Source of the DNA: Callorhinchus milii
Lineage: Eukaryota
Reading direction: 5' to 3'
DNA length: 64,000 bases
Assembly: GCF_018977255.1 (NCBI RefSeq)
Contig: NW_024704742.1
Span: 130,388,001 to 130,452,000 of the forward strand
Shown here: positions 1 to 12,085 of the stretch, piece after piece
Position numbering within the stretch: the first letter of the stretch is position 1
How the letters are laid out: every line of letters begins with the position of its first letter
Position numbers and translations under genes: made by a program
Notes under the pieces: model-generated
The model's input: the letters and a program-made list of their open reading frames with translations, nothing else
The model's database searches: none
What the model was told of the DNA's origin: nothing

Positions 1-80
1 AGCACCAACAGGTGTTTAATATAAAACAGCCTCTCGCCTGAATTTCATAAAATCACATTTTGTATTTGTCTAATATAGTT

Positions 81-180
81 CTCATCTCTCTTTCTCTCTC
101 TCTCCTCTTCCTCTCTCTCTCCTCTTCCTCTCTCTCTCCTCTTCCTCTCTCTCTCCTCTTCCTCTCCCCTCTGCTCCCTT
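81..180. repeat. CT-rich compound simple repeat (CTCTCTCTCCTCTTC-type units)
   Basis: Direct reading. Confidence 0.9.
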
Positions 181-836
181 TCTGTGTAAGAGTAAAAGTT
201 AATGTTGTATATGTGTCTAATTTGTAGATTTTCGTAACCTGAATCCAAGCATCAGAGCAGAGTTCCTAAGAGACAGGTCCAAGGGACTGTATCCTCTTAC
301 AGTGGAGAATCTGGACAATTTGGATTCCTTATGAAGGACTGATGTTATGGAACATCCTAAACTAGTTCTCACTGAGTGTAGGGCGAGAGGTAGAGAGCAG
401 GATGGGGGTGGAGATTTATCCACAGTTTTGCCAGATACTAAGACTGACTGTGGAGAGGAGGGGAGGGGGGATGTGGAGAGAAGGGGAGCGGGAGGTAGAG
501 AGGAGGGGAGATGGAGGTGGAGAGGAGCATTGGGTGGAGGTGGAGAGGAGCATTGGGGGATGTAGCTGTGATCTCTGAATTCAACATAATCAACGTGGTA
601 TCTGACCTGAAACCCAGCACTAGCTGTTGTTTGAGTCATTAACAACAGGAAGGAAGAGCAGGTGATTCCATTATAGTCAGGAATTTTAAAGTTCTTTCAA
701 GTAGGCTTTGTGCCTTGTTCCCCTTGGGCATGAGAAGGTAATAGCTGTGAAGGCAATACAATGCATTTACTTTTTTTTATTTACATTACTTTCACAATAT
801 CACTGAAACACGAGCAACCCTGAAATTCCACATGGT

Positions 837-1031
837 GTCTTACCCTGCAGGACTTGTAAGCTTGTCTTAAAAATTAAGATTGCATGGCATTGTACAAAAT
901 TCTTACATTTTTCTCTACTTTGGAAGATGTCTCTTTTTCAGAACTGTGTAAAAATGACATAAATTTAAGAATTTTCAATAAATCTGTGCCATCTTAACAC
1001 TGAAGACAAAATGGACTTACAGGGTAAGGCT
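837..1031. mobile_element. Old palindromic (foldback/MITE-like) element
   Basis: Arms 837-910 and 961-1031 share CTTACCCTG, TTGTCTT, TTAAGAT.GCA and AAAATTCTTA.ATTT in inverted orientation. Confidence 0.55.
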
Positions 1032-2719
1032 AGGTTCTACTTTGAGCCAATGGTGATGCTCCTTACTATTACGCACCCTCCCTAGGATCCACCAGCTCAT
1101 TGAATCCCATTAGATCCACCTCAAGATATTCATCATATAGTCCGGGCTGACACTCCAATACAGTACTGGGGGTGCAGTCCTTCAATGAGATGTTAAACTG
1201 AGGTCCCGACTGCCTGTTCAGGTGGACGTTAAAGATTTATTTGTAGGTCTGGAGTAATCTCCAGCTGTTCCTACTGAATTAATTGCAGCAGCTCGACCCA
1301 CTGTCCCACACAAGGCCTCTATTACATTCCAAAAGATATACCTGCAACATACTTTCAGCACATTATAAAATAACCTTAACACTCATATACACCCACCTCA
1401 GTACTCATTCAGATTGACAGCATTTTAACCAGTGTCTCAAATTCACACACACATGCACATGCGGAGAATTTCAAACACATCGATAGCACAGTAGTGCAGT
1501 AAATGTTCCTGGTCAAAATCTCCCCCTCGTCAATCAGGGGTTATTATAAAAACACAGACTAAGGCTTCTCAAAGCCCTTAAGACCACAGTCTTCAAGTTT
1601 AGCATCTGGTAAAACTGTGGATAAATCTGTCTTAAAAAAAGCATAAAACCTGACTTTCAAATTGCTGTTAAGATTGAATTTAAGAATGTTCCCAAATCCC
1701 TCTCAATTATATATTCTATATATTCTAAGACGACGTCTCGGAGCATCTCTGACAATGGTTTTAAGGAAACAACTATGAATAATTTCAGGCCTCAGTGGAA
1801 TCGCTGTGAACCATCTGTTTTGAAGTACAAAATGTCAATGCCTCCCCTCCCCCCCCACCCCACACCAAACATACTGCTGACTCCCGATGACACAGAAGGC
1901 AGATGGAATGAGGATGTGTGTTTGTGGGGGGAGGGAGGGGGTTAGACGCCAGATGCCTTCACATCAAACTCAAGAACTGAGCGAACAGGACACTTCTGCC
2001 TTTACATAACAACAACAACTTGCATTTATATAGTGCCCTTCACGCGGGTCAATGTCTCGGAGCACTTAACAGTGGCGAGCCTGACGCTGGGCCGGAGGGA
2101 GGGAAGGCGGAGGTGACCGGAAGCACCATCGAAGATCCACATCCTTGTAACATGCTGAAAGAAACTAAGGGGCAGCTTGTTCTCACTCTCTTCTTATTGA
2201 TACTTCCACTTCACACAAACAAACACACCACACCGACCTGCCTCCCACCTGCTCCTTGTGAGCTAAAAGGACTTACATGGCATAAGATAGACCACAGGCC
2301 TGCACGGCTAGTTCAATAGTCACTCAACGACCCACCAGGGGCTCACAGCGGGAAAAAAAAGTTCCATTTACATCATAAACGTTGCCATAAAAAAGCAGGT
2401 ACTGTACTGTAAACGAAACAGCTGGTTCCGATCATCCGTTATAAAACTGCAATAAAAGCAGAACCAGAGGCCGGGAGTTCAACTGTTTTTATAAACCACC
2501 ATTGCTTTCAGGTTGTGGCTCAGGGCATCCAACCTAGATTATTATTATACATGTGTAAACAAGTAAACAAATAGTAACACAGCTTCCCGCCCCCCCCCCA
2601 CGGTAAATAGGATTTTACAGTCTTTTCCTATTCGTAATAATTCTGCTTTTCTTTAGCCATTCACCGCAAATTGAGCAGCAAGGATAAGCAAGGGTGTAAG
2701 TTCCATCCATCTCTGGAAC

Positions 2720-2946
2720 CAACCCATCCCATTTCCATCTCTGAAACTCTTTGCCTCAATCCTTCTATTTTGCCCTCTTTCCCCGTCTTCAAACCACACC
2801 TGAAGATTTCCCTCTTTTGCCATGCCTCCGGTCACTTCCCCTCCCTTTCCAGCTCGGTATCAACCACACCGATGTTAAGCGCTCTGGGACACTACACTAC
2901 CCATGTGAAGGGCACTATATAAATGCAAGTTGTCGTTGTTGTTGTT
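2720..2946 (+). mobile_element. L2 3' fragment
   Basis: CTCTGGAAC segment, stem-loop and ATAAATGCAAG(TTG)n tail. Confidence 0.75.
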
Positions 2947-3007
2947 GAGGCACTCTTTCAAAAGTAAGGATAATTCAGACATTAAATAATCAATGGGATG
3001 TGTTTTT

Positions 3008-3156
3008 TTTTGGTCAGCCAAGTGTCTGACACAGAAATTCCCATGTATTGGAACTGGAATTCCCATGTGTAGGTGGGATGCTTGGAATTCTCAATTGGTT
3101 TGGATACTCTTAAGCACGGTGGTGGGTATCCGTGTCAGACACCCGGCTGACCAAAA
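3008..3156. mobile_element. MITE-like element with ~30 bp terminal inverted repeats
   Basis: TTTTGGTCAGCCAAGTGTCTGACAC ... GTGTCAGACACCCGGCTGACCAAAA. Related one-ended copies at ~4145-4345, 16575-16630, 19210-19385, 46905-47075 and 57440-57605. Confidence 0.65.
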
Positions 3157-5264
3157 CAAATAATCGGATGTAAAGGAGAATGTGAATATCAAGGAGACAG
3201 AAGAGAGAGGGTTTTCTGTATATATAGATGTGTGTATATACACACACATGCTTCACAGATGGTGACTATTAATTTCCCATTTCCAGAGCTGATCTCTCTC
3301 AGGTATCCATGCAGACACCGACAGGGCAACTTCAGGCACTGACTGCTCTACAGCACAACAGCAACCTCGAAAGTTACCAGTTAACAGGATTCAAAGCAGA
3401 ATAAGTAGGCAGTTCAGATATGGTGTAACTACATAGAGAGGGGCGAGGGAGGGTATTTGCTATGCCCCACCCAGACAGACACACACACACACATCCCTCG
3501 TAGAGTTGGAAAATTATGAAAATAATCAGAGAAATAACAAAATAGCATAGATTTAATAATTATAATAATAATAATCCTAGCATTAGATAGAGTACCTTTT
3601 CATGTCATTGAGATGTCTGAAAACGCATCACAGAATATATTGCAAAGTGGATTGACTGTTATTTTATGGGTAAAACATGGCAGCCAATTGCGCACAGCAA
3701 TAATAATAGTAATAATATACCACAAACTGTCATGGATTGAGTGACCACATTTTTTTGACAAATTATTACTCCCGGAATCAGATAACAACCGGGTTCTTAC
3801 TTACCGCTAGGTAAACAAAGATACTGCCATAAATCGAGAAATATTCAATCATGAAACATTTATTTTGTTGGCCAACCCACCTCTACTCTAATCAGTGCTG
3901 CTATCCCTGTCAACTAAATTCACGCCCACACATTCGATCAACAAGGCACAGGAGTAAAGGCACGCAGACCAGTCACTGGGGTCAGGGAGTCATCCCACTC
4001 AGCTCCTGTTAACCCTGCAAGCAAAGTCCTAACAGGTAGGGTAATCCTAGTGAATCAGGAATATCAATGGCAAGCTATAAGGTTTTAGCTGGTTAGACTG
4101 CAGCAGTACCCCAATGCACACCCTTGGGTCCCCAAGTTTTAGCTCTTGCCAACATGCAATACTTTCTGGAATTAGATAACCAGGATGAGACCCTCCAGGG
4201 AGAGAGAGCACATTCCATTCCAACAATCTATCTCTGGGATTTCCACATGTAGGTGGGATGCATAGGAATTCTCAGCTTGGTTTGGATACTCTCAAGCAGG
4301 GGGATGGGTTTCCGCATATGTCATACACCCGGCTGAGCAAAAAAATTGAAGGTAGGTGAGAAGCAGGTGAGATTCACATCAGTGGGGTTGCTCCATCCTG
4401 CTATTGAGCTATTAAGTTGGATACAGTGCATTTATAGTGCTCAGAGAGTCCCTGCCACCTGTGCTATACTTCAAAAAAATTCTATAATACTACAACAAAT
4501 TCTTACTGGTGTGAGACGTAGGCCGCATATTACAATTATTTACCTCGATACGGTTGGAAAGCATTAGCCACAGAGTTAAATAAGTTAGCAGCACAAACAG
4601 CTTTGCTTCTCTTCAAGATTTCGCAACACGCCACAAACACGGAATTGCCAAACATCCATTCACACCTGATTAAAATAGTTTTGTTTGTACGCCTGCGGAT
4701 GGAAACATTGAGGCCTTTCACACAGCTTGCATTTCCCTGCACCGCATGAACTGATTCCAGCTCACCTGTGTGCTGGGACATGTTGTTAATAAAGAGAGGT
4801 TTGTGACGGCAGTACTTTAGCTGAGCAGCAGTGAAACATTTGATTCATTCTCTGAAGGGCTGGAGAGCTAATTCTCCCAGGAATTCAATTGGTTGTGTGC
4901 ATGGGAATATAACTGGCTCATTGAAAGGAATTAATAGCAATACAGTCACAAAATGGGCAGAAAATTAAGGGATTAAGGCCTCTTCCCCTTCTAAATCTTC
5001 CCTCTTCACAATGAACACAACATATATAAATGTGTTGTATACCTGGAGTTTCAAGTACACAGTAGGAATGGGCTATCTCACAAATGCAGCTAATGCAGTT
5101 CCCTAGTCGATCACAAATAGCAGAGCGAGAGCAATTCGGAAAAACTTAGCGTTCCAGACAGTTTCCATCCCTCCAGCAAACCCTGTGGACGAGACTGGGA
5201 AGTCACCTTCTACCATCAGACAGTGTTTGAATAGGAGTTGAGTCAAGCTTGAAGCTCAGACAAT

Positions 5265-5487
5265 TCACAGAATATACTGTAAAGTGAATTGACTGTATAT
5301 TTGTGGGGGAAACGCGACATCCAATTGCGCACAGCAGTGTCCCACAAACAGTCGTGGATTAAAATGACCAATTTATTATTTTTTTTTGAGGGACTATTAT
5401 CAGGCATGTGGAGTAAGGAAACTTGCCCGAGGTGTTACCCTGCCGGGAATCGAACCCAAATCTCTTGCTTGCGAGACGAGTGCCCAG
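5265..5487 (-). mobile_element. SINE family A, short subfamily, partial
   Basis: Same internal deletion (GCCT|GATAAT). The head is cut by the adjacent L2. Confidence 0.85.
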
Positions 5488-5489
5488 AT

Positions 5490-5667
5490 CAACAACAACA
5501 ACAACAAGATTCCATTTATTGAGCGCCTTTCACGTCGGGAGGACGTCCCAAGGCGCTGTACAGTTGGGTCAGGACCCGAGCATTGGGGAAATGGTGAGGG
5601 GAGGGAAGGGAGGGAGCGAGGAGGGGGTAGAGAGTCGAGAGGGGAGCTGAAGGCACGGTCAAAGAGA
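5490..5667 (-). mobile_element. Young L2 3' end
   Basis: Near-identical to 36870-37048. Confidence 0.9.
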
Positions 5668-5724
5668 AAAACCCAGGAAGAGGACCATAGGTGCAGTCAA
5701 AAACCTACATTGTTAGGATTCATT

Positions 5725-6157
5725 ATGTCAGCCTGGCTCACTCTTACCTCTGAGTCAGAAGGTTGTAGGTTCAATCCCCACATCAAGACTTGGAATCACA
5801 TAGTCTAAGATAACACTCCAATGCAGTGCTAGTGGGGGGGACATTGTCAGAGGTGCCATTCTTCGGGTGAGACGTTCAACCGAGGCTCTGTCTCCTTGTT
5901 TAGATAGATGTTAAAGGTTCTTGGCACAAAGAGAAGGGAATCTCTCCTGGTGTCCTGGCCAACAATCCCTCAAATAAAATTGTCACTCATTCCATGGCTG
6001 TTTATGGGACATTGCTGTGCGCAAAATAAAATTGGCTGCCGCATTTGCCCGTAAAACACAGTCACTCCAATTTACAAGTGCTTTGGAATTTGAGAAGCAC
6101 TTTGGGACGTCCTCCTCGTATGAAAGGCACTGTACCAAATGCAATGATTATTATTAC
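5725..6157 (+). mobile_element. SINE family B: SacSINE1-like DeuSINE
   Basis: Head CTCTGAGTCAGAAGGTTGT.GGTTCAA. Deu-like core GAGGTGCC..GAGACGTT.AACCGAGG..AAAG.TC..TGGCAC. Shared 3' body and tail. Confidence 0.88.
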
Positions 6158-6739
6158 CATTAGAATACACACAGCACATGTAGTGATCCATGCACGCTGT
6201 GAAATTACATTCGAGTGCACAGAACAGCTTACCTGAGCGAGAGACAGAGTGGTAAATAGACTGACAGCTTGTACCCAGTCTCACTCGAGCTTACAGTGCC
6301 AGTGTTATTATAAGCTAAACACAAAGGGGATTTGCCTGTCATGGAAATCCTGACCCGACATTAAAGGGGAAGGAAAGGAATTAAAGTTGCCCCTCGTTAA
6401 ATAGCATTCAGCAGCATCAGCGTTTTGCCACATGCTCTTTAGTTGTGCTGCCCACCTACAGCAAAGCTTTTTTTGTCTGTCCTTCGAGCCAAAATGTTCT
6501 GTATTAACAGCCCTGAGTCAGCAGCACAAGAAGAGCTGTGAGCTCCTCCTGGTGGCCGAGCCAGACACTGTAATAAACACAATCGTGCATGAAGTGAATG
6601 AAATTAAGTGCAGTTACAACAACGGCAACTTTCACATAGGATGCACATCTCAAACCACTTTATAATCATGATCGGAGAAATCAAACAAACAACAACAAAT
6701 TACATTTGTATAGTGCCTTTCACATGAGATCCTCACACT

Positions 6740-7120
6740 CGTGTTCAAATATCTTCACTCTCTGGCACCTCCTTTCCTCTCCGACCTCCTCACTCCCCAA
6801 TCCACCACCCAGTACCTCCGCTCGACTGGCACCAGCCTCCTGCTCGTCCCTCGCAACCTCTGCCCACCATCGGAGGTCGTGCTTTCAGCCACTACGTCCC
6901 AAAACTCTGGAACACTCTCCCCCAATCCTTCCACCTGGCCCCCTCACTCCCCTTTTTTAAGTCCCACCTAAAAACCTTGCTCTTCCAATTGTGCTTACGG
7001 CCACCTCCCATCCCCCACCCCTCCCCAACCTGGCTCAGAGTCAGGCTCCATCACTGTTAAGGTCTCTGAGATACAACCTTGAGTGGAGGGCGCTACATAC
7101 GTGCAAGTTGTTGTTGTTGA
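6740..7120 (+). mobile_element. L2 3' fragment
   Basis: FKYLHSLAPPFLSDLL, RAFS and LWN motifs; GCAAG(TTG)n tail. Confidence 0.85.
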
Positions 7121-7583
7121 TGTCGGGAGGACATCCTAGGTACTGGACAGTCAAGGATTTGCACCCTTAAAAGCAGGGAAGAATGGAGAGAAAGTTTGAG
7201 TATGTTTGACAAGCTGTTCAAGGCATAGGTCTAAAGGAGGGTTCTGAAGGCAGGGGAGAAGGTCCGAGGTGAAGGAATTTCCAGAGTGAGATCCAGAGCC
7301 TGGGAGTGTAGTAGTAGAAGACTCAGCTGTTAATATTGGGAGAGTTAGAAACATACAGTACAGTGTGTCCACAAAGTCCTCTGTTACAAAACAGCGATAT
7401 GAGACTACGGAGGAGCTGAAACAAGCTGTTAGGACTTTGTGGTCACCCTCTAGATCAACGTCGAAGAGTTGTGTGTTCAAGGAGGAGAATAGAGCTGTTG
7501 GAGATTGTAATGCTGCTCCCAACCCAAACACAAGAAAGGTAAATGTTTGTCCTAAGAAAAATACATAAATGAAAGAACAAAAA

Positions 7584-7893
7584 GTGGAGTCCTGTAGCTC
7601 AGTGGTTAGAGCACTCGCTTTGCAAGCGAGAGACCTGAGTTCAATTCCAGGCAGGGCGAAACCTTGGGCAAGTTTCCTTACTCAACACGCCTAATAATAA
7701 TCTCTCCAAAACCAAAACCAATAATAAATTGGTCATTTTCAATCTACGACTGTTTGTGGGACATTGCTGTGCGCAATTGGCTGCCGCGTTCGCCCACAAA
7801 TATACAGTCAATTCACTTTACAGTGTGTTCTGTGAAGCGCTTTGGGACGTGAAAAGCGCTATATCAAATGCAAGGATTATTATTATTATTATT
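7584..7893 (+). mobile_element. SINE family A (tRNA-Ala-like head), short subfamily
   Basis: A box TAGCTCAGTGG, anticodon arm CTCGC-TTTGCAA-GCGAG, B box GTTCAATTCC. Shared 3' body GCTGTGCGCAATTGGCTGCC and (TTA)n tail. Confidence 0.92.
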
Positions 7894-8345
7894 AAAAAGA
7901 TTACCCTGAATTCAAAAATGCACAGCTTCTATTACAGCACGAACATGTCCACCTTAAGACACAACTTGTGTCACTTTAGCTCAGAGTTCATGAGATCACA
8001 AGCTCAGTTTAGATGATGAAGTCCCTTCGGCCCACCTGATCTCAACCTTCCAGAGTGATAAGGTTTTTCTGAGGCTGCTTCACAGGTTCCCAATTGAGGT
8101 TTTTTTTGGAGGGATTACTACCCCTGGTAAACGATCCACCAATCGACTAAAAACCAGGTTCCTACTTACTGCTAAATAAACAGAGGTGTGTGGAGTAAGG
8201 AAAGTTGACCAACGTTTCGTCCTGCCAGGAATCAAACCCAGGTCCTCTCGCTTGCGAGGCAAGTGCTCTAACCACTAAGATACAGGACTCTGTGCGCTGT
8301 ATAAATGCAAGTTGTTATTGTATAAGTAAAATAAACAGAAGCATG

Positions 8346-9662
8346 ACTTCTGGAGACTATAATCCGGAACAAAATACATTTTCACTTAGAAAAATATGGG
8401 ATAATAAAGGATAGCTAACATGGCAAATCATGTCTAACAAACCTGATAGTGTGTGGATGAGGAGAGGATGGATGAAGGTGGTGCAGTTGGTGCAGTTTAT
8501 ATGGATTTTTGAAAGGTATTTGATAAAGTGCCACATAAAAGACCTGTAAGCAAAATAGAAGCCCACGGTATTAATGAGACAGTGGCAGCATGGATACAGA
8601 ACTGGCTGGGAGACAGAAAGCTGAGAGTGGTGATGAATGGTTGTTTTTCTGACTGGAAGGAAATGTGCAGTGGTGTCCCCCAGAGGTCAGTATTGTTTGT
8701 GTGGTATTGTGGGATCTATATAAATGACCTGGACTTGGGTATATAGGGAGGACAATTTCCAAATTTGCAGATGATACTAAGCTAGGAAGTAGTAAACAGT
8801 GAGGAGGATAGTAGTAGACTGCAAATGGACATAGACTGGTGAAATGGGCAGACACGTGGCAAATGAAGTTTAATGTGGAGAAATGCAAAGTGATACATTT
8901 TGAGAGGAAGAATGAGGAGAGGCAATATAAACTAGATGGTACAATCTTAAAGGGGAAAAAGGAAGAGAGAGACCTGGGGGTTCATATAAGTAATTCTTTG
9001 AAGTGGCAGTAGAGGTAAATAAAGTTATTAAAAAAGCATAGGCTTTATAAATAGGGGCATAGAATACAAAAGTCAGGAAGTTATGATAAACCCTTATAAA
9101 ACACTAGTTAGGCCTCAGCGAGAGACTGTGTTCAGTTCTTGACACCACACTTTAGGAAGGATGTCAAGGCATTGGAGGGGGTGCAAAGGAGATTTACCAG
9201 GATGGTACAGGAATGAGGGACTTCAGTTATCAGGAGAGGCTAGAGAAGCTAGGATTATTCTCCTTGGAGCAGAGAAGATTAAGAGGAGGCTTAACAGAAG
9301 TTTTCAAAATTATGAGGGGATTCGATAGGGTGAACAAGGAGAAACTATTTCCACTGGTGGGTGGGTCGATAACCGAGGACGCTGATTTAATATAGTTGTT
9401 AAAAGAAACAGAGGGGAGGTGAGGAGAAATTTTTCACACAGCGAGTTGTTCGGATCTGGAATGCATTGCCTGAAAGGGGGGTGGAAGCTGATTCGATAAC
9501 AACTTTTAAGAGAGGAGTAGATAATTATTTGGAGAGAACAAGTTTGCAATACTATGGGGAGAGAGGGGGGGAGTGGGATTGAATTGGACAGCTCTTTTCA
9601 AAGAGCCAGCAAAGACACGATGGGTCGAATGGCCTCCTTCTGTGCTGTATAATTCTATGAAA
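8346..9662 (+). mobile_element. CR1 LINE, 5'-truncated and degenerate (RT C-terminal half plus 3' UTR)
   Basis: Broken frames encode [34 protein letters not shown] and LGLFSLEQRRLRG. Ends GGCCTCCTTCTGTGCTGTATAATTCTATG. Confidence 0.95.
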
Positions 9663-12085
9663 CCAAACACTTCAGCAACTGTGCAGATGGATCATCTGCC
9701 CTCCTTATCTTGTTTTGTTCTCAAAAGAGAAGACTGGAAGACGCGGTATGTAGCAAGTTTCGTTTGAGATCTGCAGAGAATCTCAAGGATGGTGATGATC
9801 GGATGTCCCACATTCCTTCCTGAAGTGGGTTTTCCTCTTTGTGTAGTTCAGTGAGGTGATGTCATGGTCTAAATCTTGAGTTTTATTTTGACTGGAGTGA
9901 GCATAAATCATTCAGAGCGGATGGCAGGACCGTTACTAACAAGTTAGCTCAGTTAGCTCAAAGGACGTGAGAAGGAAACTGTCCAAGCAAAGGCAAACTC
10001 TTCCTTACACTTGATTAACCAATTTGAAGTTAGCGAGTTGTGTGTTATAAGGATTATTATAAGTACAGGAAGTATCTCATTCCCTCCAGCAATCAGGAGA
10101 GCTCTGAGACCAGGAGGGAAATAAGAATATTCTTCAATGAACCTAGAGAATTGCTGTGTTGGGAGGATAATTTCTTGGTGCAGATCCCTGACTGTCTAGC
10201 ACCTTAGAATGTCCTCCTAATGTGAAAAGCACTGTACAATATAATTTGTTGTTGGTGTGCTAGATTTGGGACAGATTGAGTTAGCTCTGCATTGCTCAAT
10301 TTTTCAAGGAACTTTAGCAGACACCCAACCTCACCAATCAGAGATGGTCCTTATCTATACCATTCACAGAACCTGTCTATGTTTAGCCAATTGCTTTCTG
10401 GGGGTAACAAACCCTTCAATAATATTAATAATAATTTGGTCACTGAATCCATGACTGTTTGTGGTACACTGCTAAATGCAATTGGCTGCCAAGTTTCGCC
10501 CACAAAATGTTCAGTCAATTCACTTTACAATATAGCCTGCACAGATTTTTGGCAGCTGTGCAGTGATGTGAACAGCCTTCTTGTGTTCACCTGCAGTCTT
10601 ACCTGTGCTACTGTGGCAAATTACTGAATCTCTGTGTGCCTAGATATTTAATAATAGATCATCTCAATAGGGTTACATTATTCCACACCAACTAGTTTAT
10701 TAGTAACTTAGAATCATAGAACACTACACAAGGCCATTCAACCCATTGTATCTGATCTGGTGCTGTTTCCCCATTGGACTTTCTTTGTGGATTCCATTCC
10801 TTTGTACTTTCTGGATAGCTTTGAATATCACTTTTCCTCAAATTTAGGAATATCAGTGTATTTTTATATCTTCTCAACTGAAATGTAAGTGTCAGTGACC
10901 AAGTAGCAGTCAAGTAGATAAAAATAGTTCATTCGGGCATCCCAAAGCTACTACCATGGTGAACTCAACTCCGCAAGCCTCTCCTCCCACTTTTGAGTCC
11001 CAAGTCTCAGATAAACCTCTTCTCTTTCCTTTGAATCCTCTGCGATTGTGTGTGAAAGTAGGATGGCGCAAACTGGATAAGGTGAGGGGGGGACCACATT
11101 CTCTGAAGGCTAACATAGGTGCACGGAGGTCAGGCAATGACCTAACTGGGCTGTTATGGCAACATCCTCCACTCTCAATATAACCTGACAACACTCTAGT
11201 TCTCTCATTTCATTAACTTCATGGCCGTTTGTGGGACATTTTTGTGCACAAATTGGCTGCAGCTTTGGATTGCCCATTGCCACCGTATGAACTATTTTTA
11301 CCCACTTGACCGCTACTTGGACAAAAAAAAATCACTCCACTCTACACTCCCTGTGAGGCACTTTGAGACGTCTAGAAGACGTGGAAAGCGCTATATCAAA
11401 TGCAAGGATTATCATTATTATTATTATGTAGTCCTGACATGAATGGCGCTTTACCAATGCAAGGATTATTGTTAAATCAACAACTCGTTTCTCATTTTAA
11501 TACCAATTCCAATGGCCCTCGGGACAGAATTGAACTAAAGTTAGACTTCCATATAATTAGACATTTGCTAACAAGTGACCAGTGTGATCTCACTGTGAGA
11601 ATCCACCAGTAATTCAACAGGTCATCTCTGTAATAACATAATATATAAGAAAAAAGAAAATCCTTAAGTACTTAAAATATCAACATTGCCTTTGAGGATC
11701 ACATTAAAATTTTCTCAGCATCTATCAGCTCATCGACTTAAATTGAATTTGATACAACCAAGCTGTAATGGATTAAGTCATACACTTCCTGGAATTTTGC
11801 TCACTATTAAAGAGGCAGCTAAACACCAGTGCATGAAACTCAATAAGAGGTAAAACTGAGGTTAATCACAGGGATTTACACATGGGGCCTTGTAACTTTC
11901 CCACAGGAGTGTTGTATTTCTTAGGTGAAATCTATACAAATCCACAGTCATTACACAGTAAAATCTCGTGAATGGCTTGGAGGACCTTGGAGAAGTGATA
12001 AGACACTATATCAAAATGTAAGGATTATTTTATACATAGATATATAGGATATCTACATCTTTATACATAGATATATAGGATATTT

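Noticed and set aside
217..645. 142 aa Pro/Ser-rich minus-strand ORF with a DHSY motif
   Set aside because: Non-ATG start, low complexity, overlaps a dispersed repeat piece, no recognisable homology and no convincing splice sites.
2331..2345. CTCF-like CCACCAGGGGCT
   Set aside because: One G short of the core consensus; not supportable alone.
7586..7660. tRNA-Ala genes (also ~16025, 25645, 30960, 35320, 45365)
   Set aside because: Each is followed by the same SINE body and tail, with variable anticodon (TGC/CGC) and mutations. They are SINE heads.
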